From Paracoccaceae bacterium (GTDB lineage: Bacteria > Pseudomonadota > Alphaproteobacteria > Rhodobacterales > Rhodobacteraceae), in the NCBI GenBank assembly GCA_029938175.1, contig JAPYON010000001.1, positions 75,659 to 139,658 on the forward strand: DNA of 64,000 nucleotides, read 5' to 3'. A program made the translations under genes and the position numbers. A model generated the notes under the pieces. That model was given only the letters and a program-made list of their open reading frames with translations. It had not been told where the DNA came from and searched no databases. Shown here one piece after another: positions 21,600 through 31,966 of this stretch (the stretch's first letter is position 1; the number at the start of each line of letters is the position of its first letter).

Positions 21600-22380
21600 C
21601 CTTCCGGCCAGTTTTTTGCGTATTCCGATCACCCATCGCGGCCTTCATAACGCCGCTCTGGGTATTTCGGAAAACTCCCGCGCGGCATTTACGGCTGCAA
21701 TCAAAGCTGGCTTTGCAATCGAGACGGACCTTCAACTGTCTTCAGACAGCGAAGCAATGGTGTTCCACGATCACTACCTTGAACGTATGACTAACAGTTC
21801 CGGCGCGATCCGAATGCGGACCGCGGCAGAGCTGAGAAAGACCAAACTGAAGTTTGGAACCGAAACCATCTTTGATCTTTACGAGCTGCTCGAACTAGTT
21901 AACGGGCGGGTGCCGATTTTGATAGAACTGAAAGATCAAGATGGTGCATTCGGTACGAACGTTGGTCAATTAGAACTGAGAACGGCCGAAATTCTGCGAA
22001 ATTATAAAGGAGACGTGGCAGTCATGTCTTTTAATCCACATATGGTGATGAATATGGCCGATCTGGCCCCAACCATTCCCCGAGGCTTAACCACCAGCGA
22101 CTTTGAACACCGTTTGTGGCCAAAGATTTCCAGTAAACGTGCGAAAGAGTTGGCCGGAATACACGATTTCGACCGCACCGGAAGCTGTTTCATCTCCCAT
22201 GATCATAAACTTCTGAACGCAGCACCGGTTTCCAGGCTGCGATCGAGCGGTGTGCCGATCCTGTGTTGGACTATCAAATCGGCCGAAGAGGAAGCTGCGG
22301 CACGTCGCCTTGCTGACAACTTCACCTTCGAGGGTTATATTCCCGCGAAACACTCACAGTTAGAGAATCCACATGACTGA
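21574..22380 (+). CDS. Glycerophosphodiester phosphodiesterase family protein
   Basis: HRGLH..ENS, IETDLQLSSD..VFHD, LIELKDQ and CWTIKS; start approximate. Confidence 0.9.
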   Translation: MKVSSRLTSLPASFLRIPITHRGLHNAALGISENSRAAFTAAIKAGFAIETDLQLSSDSEAMVFHDHYLERMTNSSGAIRMRTAAELRKTKLKFGTETIFDLYELLELVNGRVPILIELKDQDGAFGTNVGQLELRTAEILRNYKGDVAVMSFNPHMVMNMADLAPTIPRGLTTSDFEHRLWPKISSKRAKELAGIHDFDRTGSCFISHDHKLLNAAPVSRLRSSGVPILCWTIKSAEEEAAARRLADNFTFEGYIPAKHSQLENPHD

Positions 22381-23437
22381 AATATTTAATGCCGGCGAAG
22401 GCCGTTTAGCGCATTCTCCAAGCGACCATTGTCCTATTGCGCGTGCAAAGGTTGGGGTGCTGCTCGTGAACCTTGGCACACCTGATGCAACGGATTATTG
22501 GTCTATGCGTCGGTATTTAAATGAATTTTTATCTGACACGCGAGTGATCGACTCCCCGAAGTGGAAGTGGCAACCGATTCTGCAAACAATTGTTCTGACT
22601 CTACGGCCATCGAAATCTGCCGAGGCGTATCGCAGCATCTGGAATAATGAACTGGACGAAAGCCCGCTGTTAACCATTACCCGCGCTCAAACCGAAAAAA
22701 TTAACGAGGCGTTAACCACGAAATACGGCGCAAACATCACCGTTGATTTTTGCATGCGTTATGGAAATCCGCCGACCGACACTGCAATTCGGCGAATGCA
22801 AGAACAGGGTTGCGAGAAGATTGTTTTCTTCCCGCTTTACCCGCAATACGCGGCCCCCACGACTGCAACGGCCAATGACCACGCATTTCGCACGTTGATG
22901 AAAATGAAATGGCAACCAGCAATCCGCACGGTTCCGGCATACTTTGACGACCCCGCCTATATCCAAGCTCTCGCGGCCTCCATCCGCGAGGGATATGCAG
23001 CAATCGATAGAAGGCCCGACCATCTAGTTGTGTCCTACCACGGTGTTCCTGAACGCTACTTGTTGGAAGGCGACCCGTATTATTGCCAATGTCAAAAAAC
23101 TTCGCGCCTATTGGCCGAAGCGTTGGGCTGGGAAGATGGCCACATTATTACAGCTTTTCAGTCAAAATTCGGCCCTACAAAATGGGTTGGCCCAGCCACT
23201 GTGGAAGAGGTCGCGCGGTTGGCCGAAGCCGGGAAGAGAAATATTGCTATAGTAGCCCCCGCATTTTCCGCCGACTGCGTCGAAACGCTCGAGGAAATTA
23301 ATGAGGAAATTAAGGAAAGCTTCGAAGATTCAGGTGGTGAAAGCTTCACCTACATCCCGTGTCTGAACGATCGGGACGACCACATCGAGGCCCTACTTGG
23401 GATCATCGAAAACGAATTACAGGGATGGATGGGATAA
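22373..23437 (+). CDS. hemH: Ferrochelatase
   Basis: LLVNLGTPDA, FCMRYGNP, FPLYPQY, SYHGVP, FQSKFG and FSADCVETLEEI. Confidence 0.96.
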   Translation: MTEIFNAGEGRLAHSPSDHCPIARAKVGVLLVNLGTPDATDYWSMRRYLNEFLSDTRVIDSPKWKWQPILQTIVLTLRPSKSAEAYRSIWNNELDESPLLTITRAQTEKINEALTTKYGANITVDFCMRYGNPPTDTAIRRMQEQGCEKIVFFPLYPQYAAPTTATANDHAFRTLMKMKWQPAIRTVPAYFDDPAYIQALAASIREGYAAIDRRPDHLVVSYHGVPERYLLEGDPYYCQCQKTSRLLAEALGWEDGHIITAFQSKFGPTKWVGPATVEEVARLAEAGKRNIAIVAPAFSADCVETLEEINEEIKESFEDSGGESFTYIPCLNDRDDHIEALLGIIENELQGWMG

Positions 23438-23709
23438 AATTTTTCATTCTTCTTATTCTAATACTAGCCGGAGGCTATTTTTTCCCGCAAGTTTATGAAG
23501 ATGTGGATGGTCCATGTCAGGCCGTCGAAAAGAAGCTGGTTCGCGATAAAACTGAAAACGGATTAGAGAATTCGGTGATCTCCAATCTGGTTCTAGGCTT
23601 AAGCAATGGCGACCTGGGCGCGGGGATTGCTGAAGACAAATTCCCGAAGCTTCCAACGCGCCTCGGATGTCTTGCCATCTATTACGATTCCGCAGAGGAT
23701 AGGGGATAA
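23425..23709 (+). CDS. Hypothetical 94-aa protein with N-terminal membrane anchor or signal
   Basis: ATG overlaps the hemH end; hydrophobic FFILLILILAGGYFF followed by a soluble part with two cysteines. Confidence 0.55.
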   Translation: MDGIKFFILLILILAGGYFFPQVYEDVDGPCQAVEKKLVRDKTENGLENSVISNLVLGLSNGDLGAGIAEDKFPKLPTRLGCLAIYYDSAEDRG

Positions 23710-23711
23710 CC

Positions 23712-24305
23712 TTAAGTGGCTTCCAATCTCGCCGTCAACCTATCGATATCCCCACCCAAGGATTCCAGCAGCGCGCCGATTTCGGTGCGTTCGGACGAGA
23801 TCATCGAGATGCCCTCGATAACCAGATCAAACAACTTTGGCTGACCGTTCACCTCAATAACCCACCAACCCAAGCTATAACTGGGCCTGCTAGAAAACTC
23901 GACGGTGCTTTTCACCAGTACGCCTTTGCTTCCGAGGTCGCGGTTGCCGACAATATTGATCTCGGAGCCTGCAAACTTGCGAAACTGACGCCCGTATTTG
24001 CGAGAAAAGTACCGTTGAAATGCTTCGATATAAGCCGCCAACTGGTTTTGCGAGATCTTCCGTCCAGCAGCCCCCAAAGCGGTTTTCGCGATAAGTGAGC
24101 TGGCGCTGTAGTCTGCAAATATACTCTCGAAATCTGCCAGCATTTTCTCTTCAGGCTTGTTCGAGTTGATTACAATATGTACATCCACAACCACTTTTCT
24201 GATAAAAGTAACGGCAGATTTTTCCATTATTCCCAGCGCAAACGATGGCAGTGTAGCTCCGATAAGCAACCCACCGGTACCAACCAGAATTCCACGACGG
24301 GACAT
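23712..24305 (-). CDS. mlaC: MlaC/Ttg2D-family phospholipid-binding protein
   Basis: Tat-like SRRGIL, KLFDLVIEGISMISSERTEIG C-terminal motif; downstream of a VacJ-family gene. Confidence 0.85.
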   Translation of the reverse strand: MSRRGILVGTGGLLIGATLPSFALGIMEKSAVTFIRKVVVDVHIVINSNKPEEKMLADFESIFADYSASSLIAKTALGAAGRKISQNQLAAYIEAFQRYFSRKYGRQFRKFAGSEINIVGNRDLGSKGVLVKSTVEFSSRPSYSLGWWVIEVNGQPKLFDLVIEGISMISSERTEIGALLESLGGDIDRLTARLEAT

Positions 24306-24309
24306 TGTG

Positions 24310-25050
24310 TTAGTAATCGAACGCAAAGGGATCCTCCAAATCTTCGATTTCCGGCTCAATTTCGACGTTATATCGCAGATTTTGTAAATATGCGATTCTC
24401 TGCGAGGCATAACTGTCTGAAGATTCATATAATAACACGTCAACCAAATCGGAATAGGTGAGGCGATCACCGATAATATCCACCCCTTTCAACAGGAACA
24501 GATATTCGCGTGTTGGCGTCGGAATATATACCCCAAGCGGGTCTAAAACGAAGTCTACGACAATTCCTACTGTGCCACGAACGGTACTGCCACCCAACAA
24601 TGGCAGTTCCAGATATGGGCCTTCAGCAAATCCGTAAACCGCCAGAGTTTCGCCGAAATCGGTCGGCAAAGCGAACAATCCAAAGTCGGATGCGGGGTCG
24701 AACAAGCCAGCGAAACCCAGTGTCGAGTTCAGTGTAAATCGGAGGGCGGTCAGAATCGCATTTTCTAGTTCACCTTGCAAAGTGTGGTTAATGACTTGCC
24801 CGGGAAGTGCCAGATTATTGGCGCTGTTATCGATGGCATCGTGGATCTCTTCGGGCACCACGGCCCCGTAAGCAGTAGAAGCAGGCGCCAGCGCGATGCC
24901 ATCGATAGCTTTGTTAAGAGCGTGGATCTGGCGGTTGGTTTTTTCAAATGGGTCAAATATACGATCTGCCGGCGCGGTGTCAGTGCCACATGCACTCAAT
25001 AAAGGTAGTAATAACAGTAATATACCTATTTGATGAATTGCCCTGAACAT
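24310..25050 (-). CDS. mlaA: MlaA/VacJ-family lipoprotein
   Basis: Lipobox LLSAC, DPFEKTNR, RFTLNSTLGFAGLFDPA, TDFGETL and YLELPLLG. Confidence 0.92.
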   Translation of the reverse strand: MFRAIHQIGILLLLLPLLSACGTDTAPADRIFDPFEKTNRQIHALNKAIDGIALAPASTAYGAVVPEEIHDAIDNSANNLALPGQVINHTLQGELENAILTALRFTLNSTLGFAGLFDPASDFGLFALPTDFGETLAVYGFAEGPYLELPLLGGSTVRGTVGIVVDFVLDPLGVYIPTPTREYLFLLKGVDIIGDRLTYSDLVDVLLYESSDSYASQRIAYLQNLRYNVEIEPEIEDLEDPFAFDY

Positions 25051-25112
25051 ACATAACCTTTTGCCAAAATAAAACGCAACCACAAACCAGGGCGGCAAAG
25101 AATCGCCGTTAA

Positions 25113-27917
25113 CTAATGCGCCTCCGCCCAGTTTGCACCCAGACCCACATCAACCACAAGTGGAACATCCAGTTTGATGGCTGGCAGGCTGGCCTGCTCC
25201 ATCACGGTTTTCACAATGGCGATGGTTTCGTCTACAGCATCCTTGGCGACCTCGAAGATCAACTCGTCGTGGACTTGCAGCAGCATCTTGGCGGGCAGAT
25301 GTTCGATCGCGTCCGGCACTCGGATCATCGCGCGGCGGATAACGTCGGCCGCCGTTCCCTGAATGGGGGCATTAATCGCCGCCCGCTTCGCAAAACCGGC
25401 GTGTGGCCCCTTGGCGTTGATTTCCGGTGTGTGAATCCGTCGTCCAAACAGCGTTTTAACGTAATTATTAGCCTTCGCAAAGGCCACCGTCGCGTCCATA
25501 TAGGTGCGGATACCGGGAAAGCGTTCAAAATAGGTGTCGATAAATTTCTGCGCGTCGGGACGTGGAATCCGCAGGTTCCGGGCTAGACCAAACCCGGAAA
25601 TCCCGTAAATAACTCCAAAATTAATGGCCTTGGCTTGGCGGCGGATCGCTGGATCCATGTCCTCGATCGGAACGTTGAACATTTCGGAGGCAGTCATCGC
25701 GTGAATATCCTTGCCGTCGAAAAATGCCTGTTTCAGGCTATCAATCTTGGCAATATGCGCCAAAATACGCAGTTCAATTTGCGAATAGTCGAGACTAACC
25801 AGCACGTTCCCCGACTCCGCCACAAACGCCTCGCGAATGCGGCGACCCTCCTCGGTCCGCACCGGAATATTCTGCAAATTCGGATCGGTCGAGGCCAGCC
25901 GCCCCGTCGTCGCGCCCGAGATCACATAAGATGTATGCACCCGCCCTGTCTCAGGGTTGATATGCCCCTGCAAAGCATCGGTGTAGGTGCTTTTCAGCTT
26001 GGCCATCTGCCGCCAATCCAGCACGCGAACGGGCAGGTCGTGTCCCTCGGCTGCCAAATCTTCCAGTATGTCAGCCCCCGTTGCATAAGCGCCGGTTTTG
26101 CCTTTTTTTCCGCCCTCGATCCCCATCTGGTTAAAAAGGATTTCGCCAAGCTGTTTGGGTGAAGCGACGTTAAACTTGCCACCAGCCAGTTTGTAAATCT
26201 CGACTTCCAGCCCCGCCATTTTTTGCGCAAAGTTGTTGGACATGCGGGAGAGGTGATCGCGATCGACCTTGATGCCGTGCATCTCCATCTTCGCCAGAAC
26301 GGGGATTAGCGGGCGCTCCATGGTTTCGTAAACGGTGGTCATCCTGTCCTTTGCTAGCCGTGGCTTCAGCAGTTTCCACAGTCGCAACGTCACGTCCGCA
26401 TCTTCGGCGGCATATGGGGCTGCGTCGTCAATCGGCACTCGATCGAAGGTAATCGCGGACTTTCCTGCGCCTAGAAGCGTCTTGATAGGGATCGGCGTGT
26501 GGTTCAAATACCGCTCTGACAGCGCGTCCATCCCGTGCCGGTGCAATCCGCCGTTCAGCGCGTAGGATAGTAACATCGTGTCATCAATCGGTGCGATGTC
26601 CACTTTATTTCGTTTAAAAATCTTGGCGTCGTATTTCATATTCTGCCCGATTTTCAGGATTGAGGGGTCCTCCAGTATCGGCTTCAGCATCTTTAACGCC
26701 AGCGCCTTGTCCATCTGCCCATCGGCCAAATCCGAACCGCCGAACAGGTCGTCAACCCCAGCCACATGCGCCAGCGGAATATAACAAGCTGATCCGATCT
26801 CGACAGACAGGCAAACTCCGACCAGATCAGCGGTCATTTCATTCAATCCAGTGGTTTCCGTATCCACGGCAATCCAGCCACGCGCATAAGCGGCGTCGAT
26901 CCACAATTGCAAAGCCGTTGCGTCGCGTACGGTTTCGTATTTCGAGTGGTCAATTGGCGCGGTGATGGCGGCGGTATCAACACTGGCCGTCGACTCCTCG
27001 TGAGCAGGCTCCGCAATTTCAGGCGCACCTACTCCAAACTTTGCGGCCATCCGTGTTGTCAGCGTTCGGAATTCCATCGAGGCGATGAACGCCAGAATAT
27101 CTGCAGGCACCGGCTCACGAACCTCGAACTCGTCGATACTCTCGACCACAGGAGTATCGGTTTTCAACGTCACCAGCTCGCGCGACATGAGAATTTGGTC
27201 AGCCTTTTCGATCAAAGTCTGGCGGCGCTTGGGCTGTTTAATTTCTTCAGCATGGGCCAAAAGGTTATCAAGATCTCCGTATTCCTGAATCAGCAGTGCT
27301 GCGATTTTCACGCCAATACCGGGTGCGCCGGGGACATTATCCACGGAGTCGCCAGCCAACGACTGCACGTCGATCACACGATCTGGTCCAACACCGAACT
27401 TTTCCTCTACCTCCTCGATACCGATGCGACGGTTCTTCATCGCGTCCAGCATCTCGACACCGCCGCCGACCAGTTGCATCAAGTCTTTGTCGGACGAAAT
27501 AATTGTCACCCGACCACCCGCCTCGCGGGCCTGCACGGCGTAAGTCGCAATAATATCGTCGGCCTCATAGCCCTCCATCTCGATGCACGGTAGATTGAAC
27601 GCCCGCGTTGCATCGCGGATCAGCGGGAATTGCGGAACCAAGTCTTCGGGTGCAGGCGGGCGATTGGCTTTGTAGTCGTCATAAATCGCGGAACGAAAAG
27701 TCTTGCCCTTATGGTCGAAAATCACCGCCACATGGGTGGGCGCGTCGGGGCCGTGGTTATCTTCGACCATCTTGTAGATCATATTGCAAAAGCCCGCGAC
27801 TGCCCCCACAGGCATGCCGTCAGACTTGCGCGTTAATGGCGGCAAGGCGTGAAAAGCGCGGAAAATAAAGCCCGATCCGTCAATCAGGTGCAGGTGATGT
27901 CCCTTGCCAAAGGCCAT
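25113..27917 (-). CDS. polA: DNA polymerase I
   Basis: 5'-3' exonuclease LIDGSGFIFRAFHA, DYSQIELRILAH, AKAINFGVIYG and LQVHDELIFE. Confidence 0.98.
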   Translation of the reverse strand: MAFGKGHHLHLIDGSGFIFRAFHALPPLTRKSDGMPVGAVAGFCNMIYKMVEDNHGPDAPTHVAVIFDHKGKTFRSAIYDDYKANRPPAPEDLVPQFPLIRDATRAFNLPCIEMEGYEADDIIATYAVQAREAGGRVTIISSDKDLMQLVGGGVEMLDAMKNRRIGIEEVEEKFGVGPDRVIDVQSLAGDSVDNVPGAPGIGVKIAALLIQEYGDLDNLLAHAEEIKQPKRRQTLIEKADQILMSRELVTLKTDTPVVESIDEFEVREPVPADILAFIASMEFRTLTTRMAAKFGVGAPEIAEPAHEESTASVDTAAITAPIDHSKYETVRDATALQLWIDAAYARGWIAVDTETTGLNEMTADLVGVCLSVEIGSACYIPLAHVAGVDDLFGGSDLADGQMDKALALKMLKPILEDPSILKIGQNMKYDAKIFKRNKVDIAPIDDTMLLSYALNGGLHRHGMDALSERYLNHTPIPIKTLLGAGKSAITFDRVPIDDAAPYAAEDADVTLRLWKLLKPRLAKDRMTTVYETMERPLIPVLAKMEMHGIKVDRDHLSRMSNNFAQKMAGLEVEIYKLAGGKFNVASPKQLGEILFNQMGIEGGKKGKTGAYATGADILEDLAAEGHDLPVRVLDWRQMAKLKSTYTDALQGHINPETGRVHTSYVISGATTGRLASTDPNLQNIPVRTEEGRRIREAFVAESGNVLVSLDYSQIELRILAHIAKIDSLKQAFFDGKDIHAMTASEMFNVPIEDMDPAIRRQAKAINFGVIYGISGFGLARNLRIPRPDAQKFIDTYFERFPGIRTYMDATVAFAKANNYVKTLFGRRIHTPEINAKGPHAGFAKRAAINAPIQGTAADVIRRAMIRVPDAIEHLPAKMLLQVHDELIFEVAKDAVDETIAIVKTVMEQASLPAIKLDVPLVVDVGLGANWAEAH

Positions 27918-27918
27918 A

Positions 27919-28071
27919 TCAATCTTTCAGCACGAATTTTTTATCACAATACCCACAAACCACGAATCCCTCATCGGCAGGGATTTGCAGCCAGATGCGC
28001 GGGTGTTCGCCACCGCCATCGCAAGGTATAGTGGATTTGGTAACTTCTTCAATTTCACGCGCTTCGGCCAT
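27919..28071 (-). CDS. Small zinc-finger (zf-CHCC) protein, 50 aa, absent from the ORF track
   Basis: Own translation: [50 protein letters not shown]; RBS AGGAG; C-H-CxxC ligands; stop 1 nt before the polA ATG. Confidence 0.85.
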   Translation of the reverse strand: MAEAREIEEVTKSTIPCDGGGEHPRIWLQIPADEGFVVCGYCDKKFVLKD

Positions 28072-28085
28072 GGTATTCTCCTAGT

Positions 28086-28466
28086 TTAAACGGGCTGCAA
28101 CATCCGGCCCAACCGACGGCCGGACAATATGTGAAAATGCAGATGCTGTACGTCCTGAACTCCATCATTACCTGTATTCGCGATTAAACGATACCCGCTT
28201 CCACCCGTCGAAGGCGTCGCCCCGATGGCATGGGTAATCGCGCCAATGACACGGGTAAAATCGAGGACTTCGGCATCCGTCGCATCAGCCGCAAAATGGT
28301 CATGGTTCACATAAAACCCTTTGGGAATTACCAAAATGTGCTCGGGTGCTTGTGGGATGATGTCGCGAAACGCCAGCGTGTAATCCGTCTCCATTACCGT
28401 ATCATTCGGAATTTCACGCCGCAGTATCTTGGCGAAAATATTTTGGTCGTCGTATTCATAAGCCAT
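28086..28466 (-). CDS. HIT (histidine triad) family nucleotide-binding protein
   Basis: YDDQNIFAKILRREIP, AFRDIIPQAPEHILVIPK and HLHFHIL triad. Confidence 0.94.
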   Translation of the reverse strand: MAYEYDDQNIFAKILRREIPNDTVMETDYTLAFRDIIPQAPEHILVIPKGFYVNHDHFAADATDAEVLDFTRVIGAITHAIGATPSTGGSGYRLIANTGNDGVQDVQHLHFHILSGRRLGRMLQPV

Positions 28467-28478
28467 GTTGGCCTCCGT

Positions 28479-28610
28479 TCAGCCGAAAGACAGGTCTCCG
28501 GCGAGTTTTTCTACACGCGCGGCCGAGGTTTTCATGAATTGCGCCAGCGCCAGCCCTTTTTTCTCGTTATTGGTATTCTGGCTGATCATATGCAGCGCAG
28601 GAAGCCCCAT
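28479..28610 (-). pseudogene. 43-codon ORF, probable 3' remnant of a gene once upstream of HIT
   Basis: MGLPALHMISQNTNNEKKGLALAQFMKTSAARVEKLAGDLSFG; TGA lies just before the GGAGG RBS of the HIT gene; family not recognised. Confidence 0.4.
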
Positions 28611-28684
28611 TTCTAGCAAACTACCGTGATCCGCCCCGATGCTGTTTATGCAGTGCAGACGTAAGCGAGCTGCGCGTCAGCGGC

Positions 28685-31531
28685 CTATTCCTCGTAATCC
28701 GTCAGCGGAGGACACGCACAAACCAGATTTCGGTCGCCATACGCGTTGTCCACACGGTTCACAGGCGACCAATACTTGTCGACACGGAACGCGCCCGGAG
28801 GGTAACACGCCTGTTCGCGCGAATAGACGCGATCCCACTCGCCAACCAGATCCTCGACTGTATGCGGCGCATGATGTAGTGGGCTGTCATCATAAGCGAT
28901 TTTGCCGTCCTCAATATCTTGCGCCTCGGCGCGGATGGCTAGCATGGCGGTGATAAAGCGATCCAGTTCGGCCTTCGGTTCGGATTCCGTTGGTTCCACC
29001 ATCAGCGTTCCGGGTACGGGCCAGCTCATTGTTGGGGCGTGGAAGCCGCAGTCCATTAACCTTTTGGCAATATCGTCTACGGTAACATTGGCACTGTCGG
29101 CCAATGGGCGCGTATCCAGAATACATTCATGCGCAACGCGGCCAATTTCTGATTTGAACAGGATGTTGTAAGACTCCGACAGGCGTTTCGCCATGTAGTT
29201 GGCGTTCAGGATGGCAACCTTCGTCGCTTGCGTCATGCCCGTCCCGCCCATCAGCAGGATATATGCCCACGAGATCACCAGAATCGACCCGCTCCCGACA
29301 GGTGCCGCCGATACAGCCCCGATAGAATTGTTGCCCTCGGCGTGCCCCGGAAGGAACGGTTCAAGATGCGCGCCGACGCCGATCGGCCCCATGCCCGGAC
29401 CACCGCCACCGTGTGGGATGGCAAAAGTCTTGTGTAAATTCAAATGGCTAACGTCACCACCGATTTTACCAGGTTGCGCCAAGCCAACCATAGCGTTCAT
29501 GTTCGCGCCGTCGATATAAACCTGACCGCCGTAGGAATGCGTGATGTTGCAAACCTCGCGAACGGTCTTCTCGAACACACCGTGGGTGGACGGGTATGTA
29601 ATCATACAGGCCGCCAGCATATCGCCAGCCGCCTCGGCTTTGGCTCGGAAATCTTCCAGATCAATATCGCCGTTATCGGCTGATTTCACTACCACAACTT
29701 TCCAACCGGCCATCTGCGCCGACGCAGGATTTGTGCCGTGTGCCGACGTCGGGATAAGGCAGATATTACGATCCCCTTCACCGCGCGACTTGTGGTAATT
29801 ACGGATGGTTAACAGGCCGGCATATTCTCCTTGTGCGCCCGAATTCGGCTGCAACGACATAGCATCATAACCGGTGATTTCGCAAAGCTGGTCCATCAAC
29901 TGTTTGGTCAGCTCGGTATACCCTTCGGCCTGATCCAGCGGTACAAACGGGTGCAGGTTAGAGATGCCAAACCACGTCAGCGGGATCATTTCCGCCGTTG
30001 CGTTCAGCTTCATTGTGCAGGAACCCAATGGGATCATCGCGCGATCCAGCGCCAGATCGCGGTCAGCAAGACGGCGCATATAGCGAGTCATCTCGGCCTC
30101 GGAACGGTTCATATCGAAGATCGGGTGCGTAAGAAAGTCATCGGTTCGCAGCATTTCGACCGGCAGGCGATATTTGCGGTTCGCCGCGCTGTCGTCCTTC
30201 ATGTCCCCGCCAAATGCCCGCCAAACAGCTTCGATGGTTTCCGGGTAGGTTTGCTCGTCCAGACTAATACCAATACGGTCGCCGCCAATTTTTCGTAGAT
30301 TAATTCCGTTATTAACCGCCGCTTTCAGGATCACGCCCTGAAGGGCACCAACATTGATCGTGATCGTGTCGAAGAATACCTCGGGCTCGACCTTGAAGCC
30401 AAGGCTTTCAAGACCCTTCGCCATACGTGATGTCTTCCGATGCACCGACTGCGCAATCGCTTTCAGCCCTGCCGGACCGTAGAAAACAGCGTACATAGAG
30501 GCCATAACTGCCAGCAAAGCCTGCGCGGTGCATACGTTCGAATTCGCCTTCTCGCGTCGGATGTGCTGTTCGCGTGTTTGCAGCGCCAAGCGGTAAGCTT
30601 TGTTGCCGCGCGTATCAATCGAGACACCGATAATCCGCCCCGGCATAGAGCGTTTCAGCTTGTCGCGCGTCGCCATATAGGCCGCGTGCGGACCACCATA
30701 TCCCACCGGAACACCAAAGCGCTGGGTGGAGCCAATGGCGATATCGGCCCCCATCTCGCCCGGGCTTTTCAGGAGGCAAAGCGCCAGAATATCGGCAGCC
30801 ATAATCGCAATCGCTTTTTCTTCATGTAGTGCCGCGATGCACGGAGTGAAATCCCGTACCCGCCCATAAGTTCCGGGATACTGGAAGATGGCACCGAACA
30901 CGATGGCAGGGTCCATCTCTGTTTCCGGATTGGCGACGATTACTTCAATCCCTAAAGGCTCTGCGCGGGTTTTGATCACATCGATTGTTTGGGGGTGACA
31001 GTTTTCATCAACGAAAAACGCGGTTGCTTTTGACTTGGCAGACCGCTTTGCCATAGTCATCGCTTCAGCAGCAGCCGTCGCCTCGTCCAGTAACGAAGCG
31101 TTCGAGACTTCAAGGCCGGTCAAGTCAGTGATCATAGTTTGAAAATTCAACAAAGCCTCAAGACGGCCCTGCGCGATTTCCGGCTGATAAGGCGTATAAG
31201 CCGTATACCAAGCCGGATTTTCCAGAATGTTGCGCTGGATAACCGGCGGAGTCATCGTCCCGTAATACCCTTGCCCGATCAGCGACGTCAGAACCGTGTT
31301 CTTTTTGATCACTTCACGCATGTGGCGCAGAACGTCACGCTCGGACACCGGTTCTTGCAGTTTCAAGTCGTGCTCTTGCCGAATATCCGCTGGTACGGTC
31401 TGGTCGATCAACTCATCAAGCGATTCAACTCCGATAACATCCAGCATCTCCTGTATTTCGGTTGGTGAAGGACCGATGTGACGGCGGTTGGCGAAATCAT
31501 AGGGCTGGTACGGGGTCGGGTGGAATGGCAT
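28685..31531 (-). CDS. gcvP: Glycine dehydrogenase (P protein)
   Basis: [46 protein letters not shown] and [12 protein letters not shown]. Confidence 0.98.
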   Translation of the reverse strand: MPFHPTPYQPYDFANRRHIGPSPTEIQEMLDVIGVESLDELIDQTVPADIRQEHDLKLQEPVSERDVLRHMREVIKKNTVLTSLIGQGYYGTMTPPVIQRNILENPAWYTAYTPYQPEIAQGRLEALLNFQTMITDLTGLEVSNASLLDEATAAAEAMTMAKRSAKSKATAFFVDENCHPQTIDVIKTRAEPLGIEVIVANPETEMDPAIVFGAIFQYPGTYGRVRDFTPCIAALHEEKAIAIMAADILALCLLKSPGEMGADIAIGSTQRFGVPVGYGGPHAAYMATRDKLKRSMPGRIIGVSIDTRGNKAYRLALQTREQHIRREKANSNVCTAQALLAVMASMYAVFYGPAGLKAIAQSVHRKTSRMAKGLESLGFKVEPEVFFDTITINVGALQGVILKAAVNNGINLRKIGGDRIGISLDEQTYPETIEAVWRAFGGDMKDDSAANRKYRLPVEMLRTDDFLTHPIFDMNRSEAEMTRYMRRLADRDLALDRAMIPLGSCTMKLNATAEMIPLTWFGISNLHPFVPLDQAEGYTELTKQLMDQLCEITGYDAMSLQPNSGAQGEYAGLLTIRNYHKSRGEGDRNICLIPTSAHGTNPASAQMAGWKVVVVKSADNGDIDLEDFRAKAEAAGDMLAACMITYPSTHGVFEKTVREVCNITHSYGGQVYIDGANMNAMVGLAQPGKIGGDVSHLNLHKTFAIPHGGGGPGMGPIGVGAHLEPFLPGHAEGNNSIGAVSAAPVGSGSILVISWAYILLMGGTGMTQATKVAILNANYMAKRLSESYNILFKSEIGRVAHECILDTRPLADSANVTVDDIAKRLMDCGFHAPTMSWPVPGTLMVEPTESEPKAELDRFITAMLAIRAEAQDIEDGKIAYDDSPLHHAPHTVEDLVGEWDRVYSREQACYPPGAFRVDKYWSPVNRVDNAYGDRNLVCACPPLTDYEE

Positions 31532-31555
31532 GACTTATCCTTTGGAATCTAGGAG

Positions 31556-31576
31556 ATCCCGCCGAGTGGGCGGGAT
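31556..31576. repeat. GC-rich hairpin between gcvH and gcvP
   Basis: ATCCCGCC-GAGTG-GGCGGGAT perfect 8-bp stem with no T tail. Confidence 0.6.
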
Positions 31577-31585
31577 GACAGGTCG

Positions 31586-31951
31586 TTAGGCGATGAAGGC
31601 TTTGTAGGCAGTTTCGTCCATCAAGCTTTCAAGATCGGCCACATCGTCGAGCTTGACCTTGTAGAACCAAGCGCTGCCCTCTGGGTCTTCGTTCACCGAA
31701 CCGGGGTTGTCTTCCAGCGTAGTGTTAGCCTCGGTGACTTCACCTGCCAAAGGCGCATACAGCTCAGAAGCGGCTTTAACGCTTTCTACAACACCGATTT
31801 CGTCGTCTTTGTCGAATGTATCGCCAGCTTCTTTCAGCTCGACGAATACGACTTCGCCAAGGGCTTCGGCTGCGTGTTTGGTTATACCAAGCGTTGCTGT
31901 GTCGCCGTCAACTTCTAGCCATTCATGTTCTTCGGAATAATAAGTCGTCAT
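31586..31951 (-). CDS. gcvH: Glycine cleavage H protein
   Basis: YYSEEHEW, LGEVVFVEL and VESVKAASE lipoyl-lysine motif. Confidence 0.97.
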   Translation of the reverse strand: MTTYYSEEHEWLEVDGDTATLGITKHAAEALGEVVFVELKEAGDTFDKDDEIGVVESVKAASELYAPLAGEVTEANTTLEDNPGSVNEDPEGSAWFYKVKLDDVADLESLMDETAYKAFIA

Positions 31952-31966
31952 TTCAACACCTCTGTT

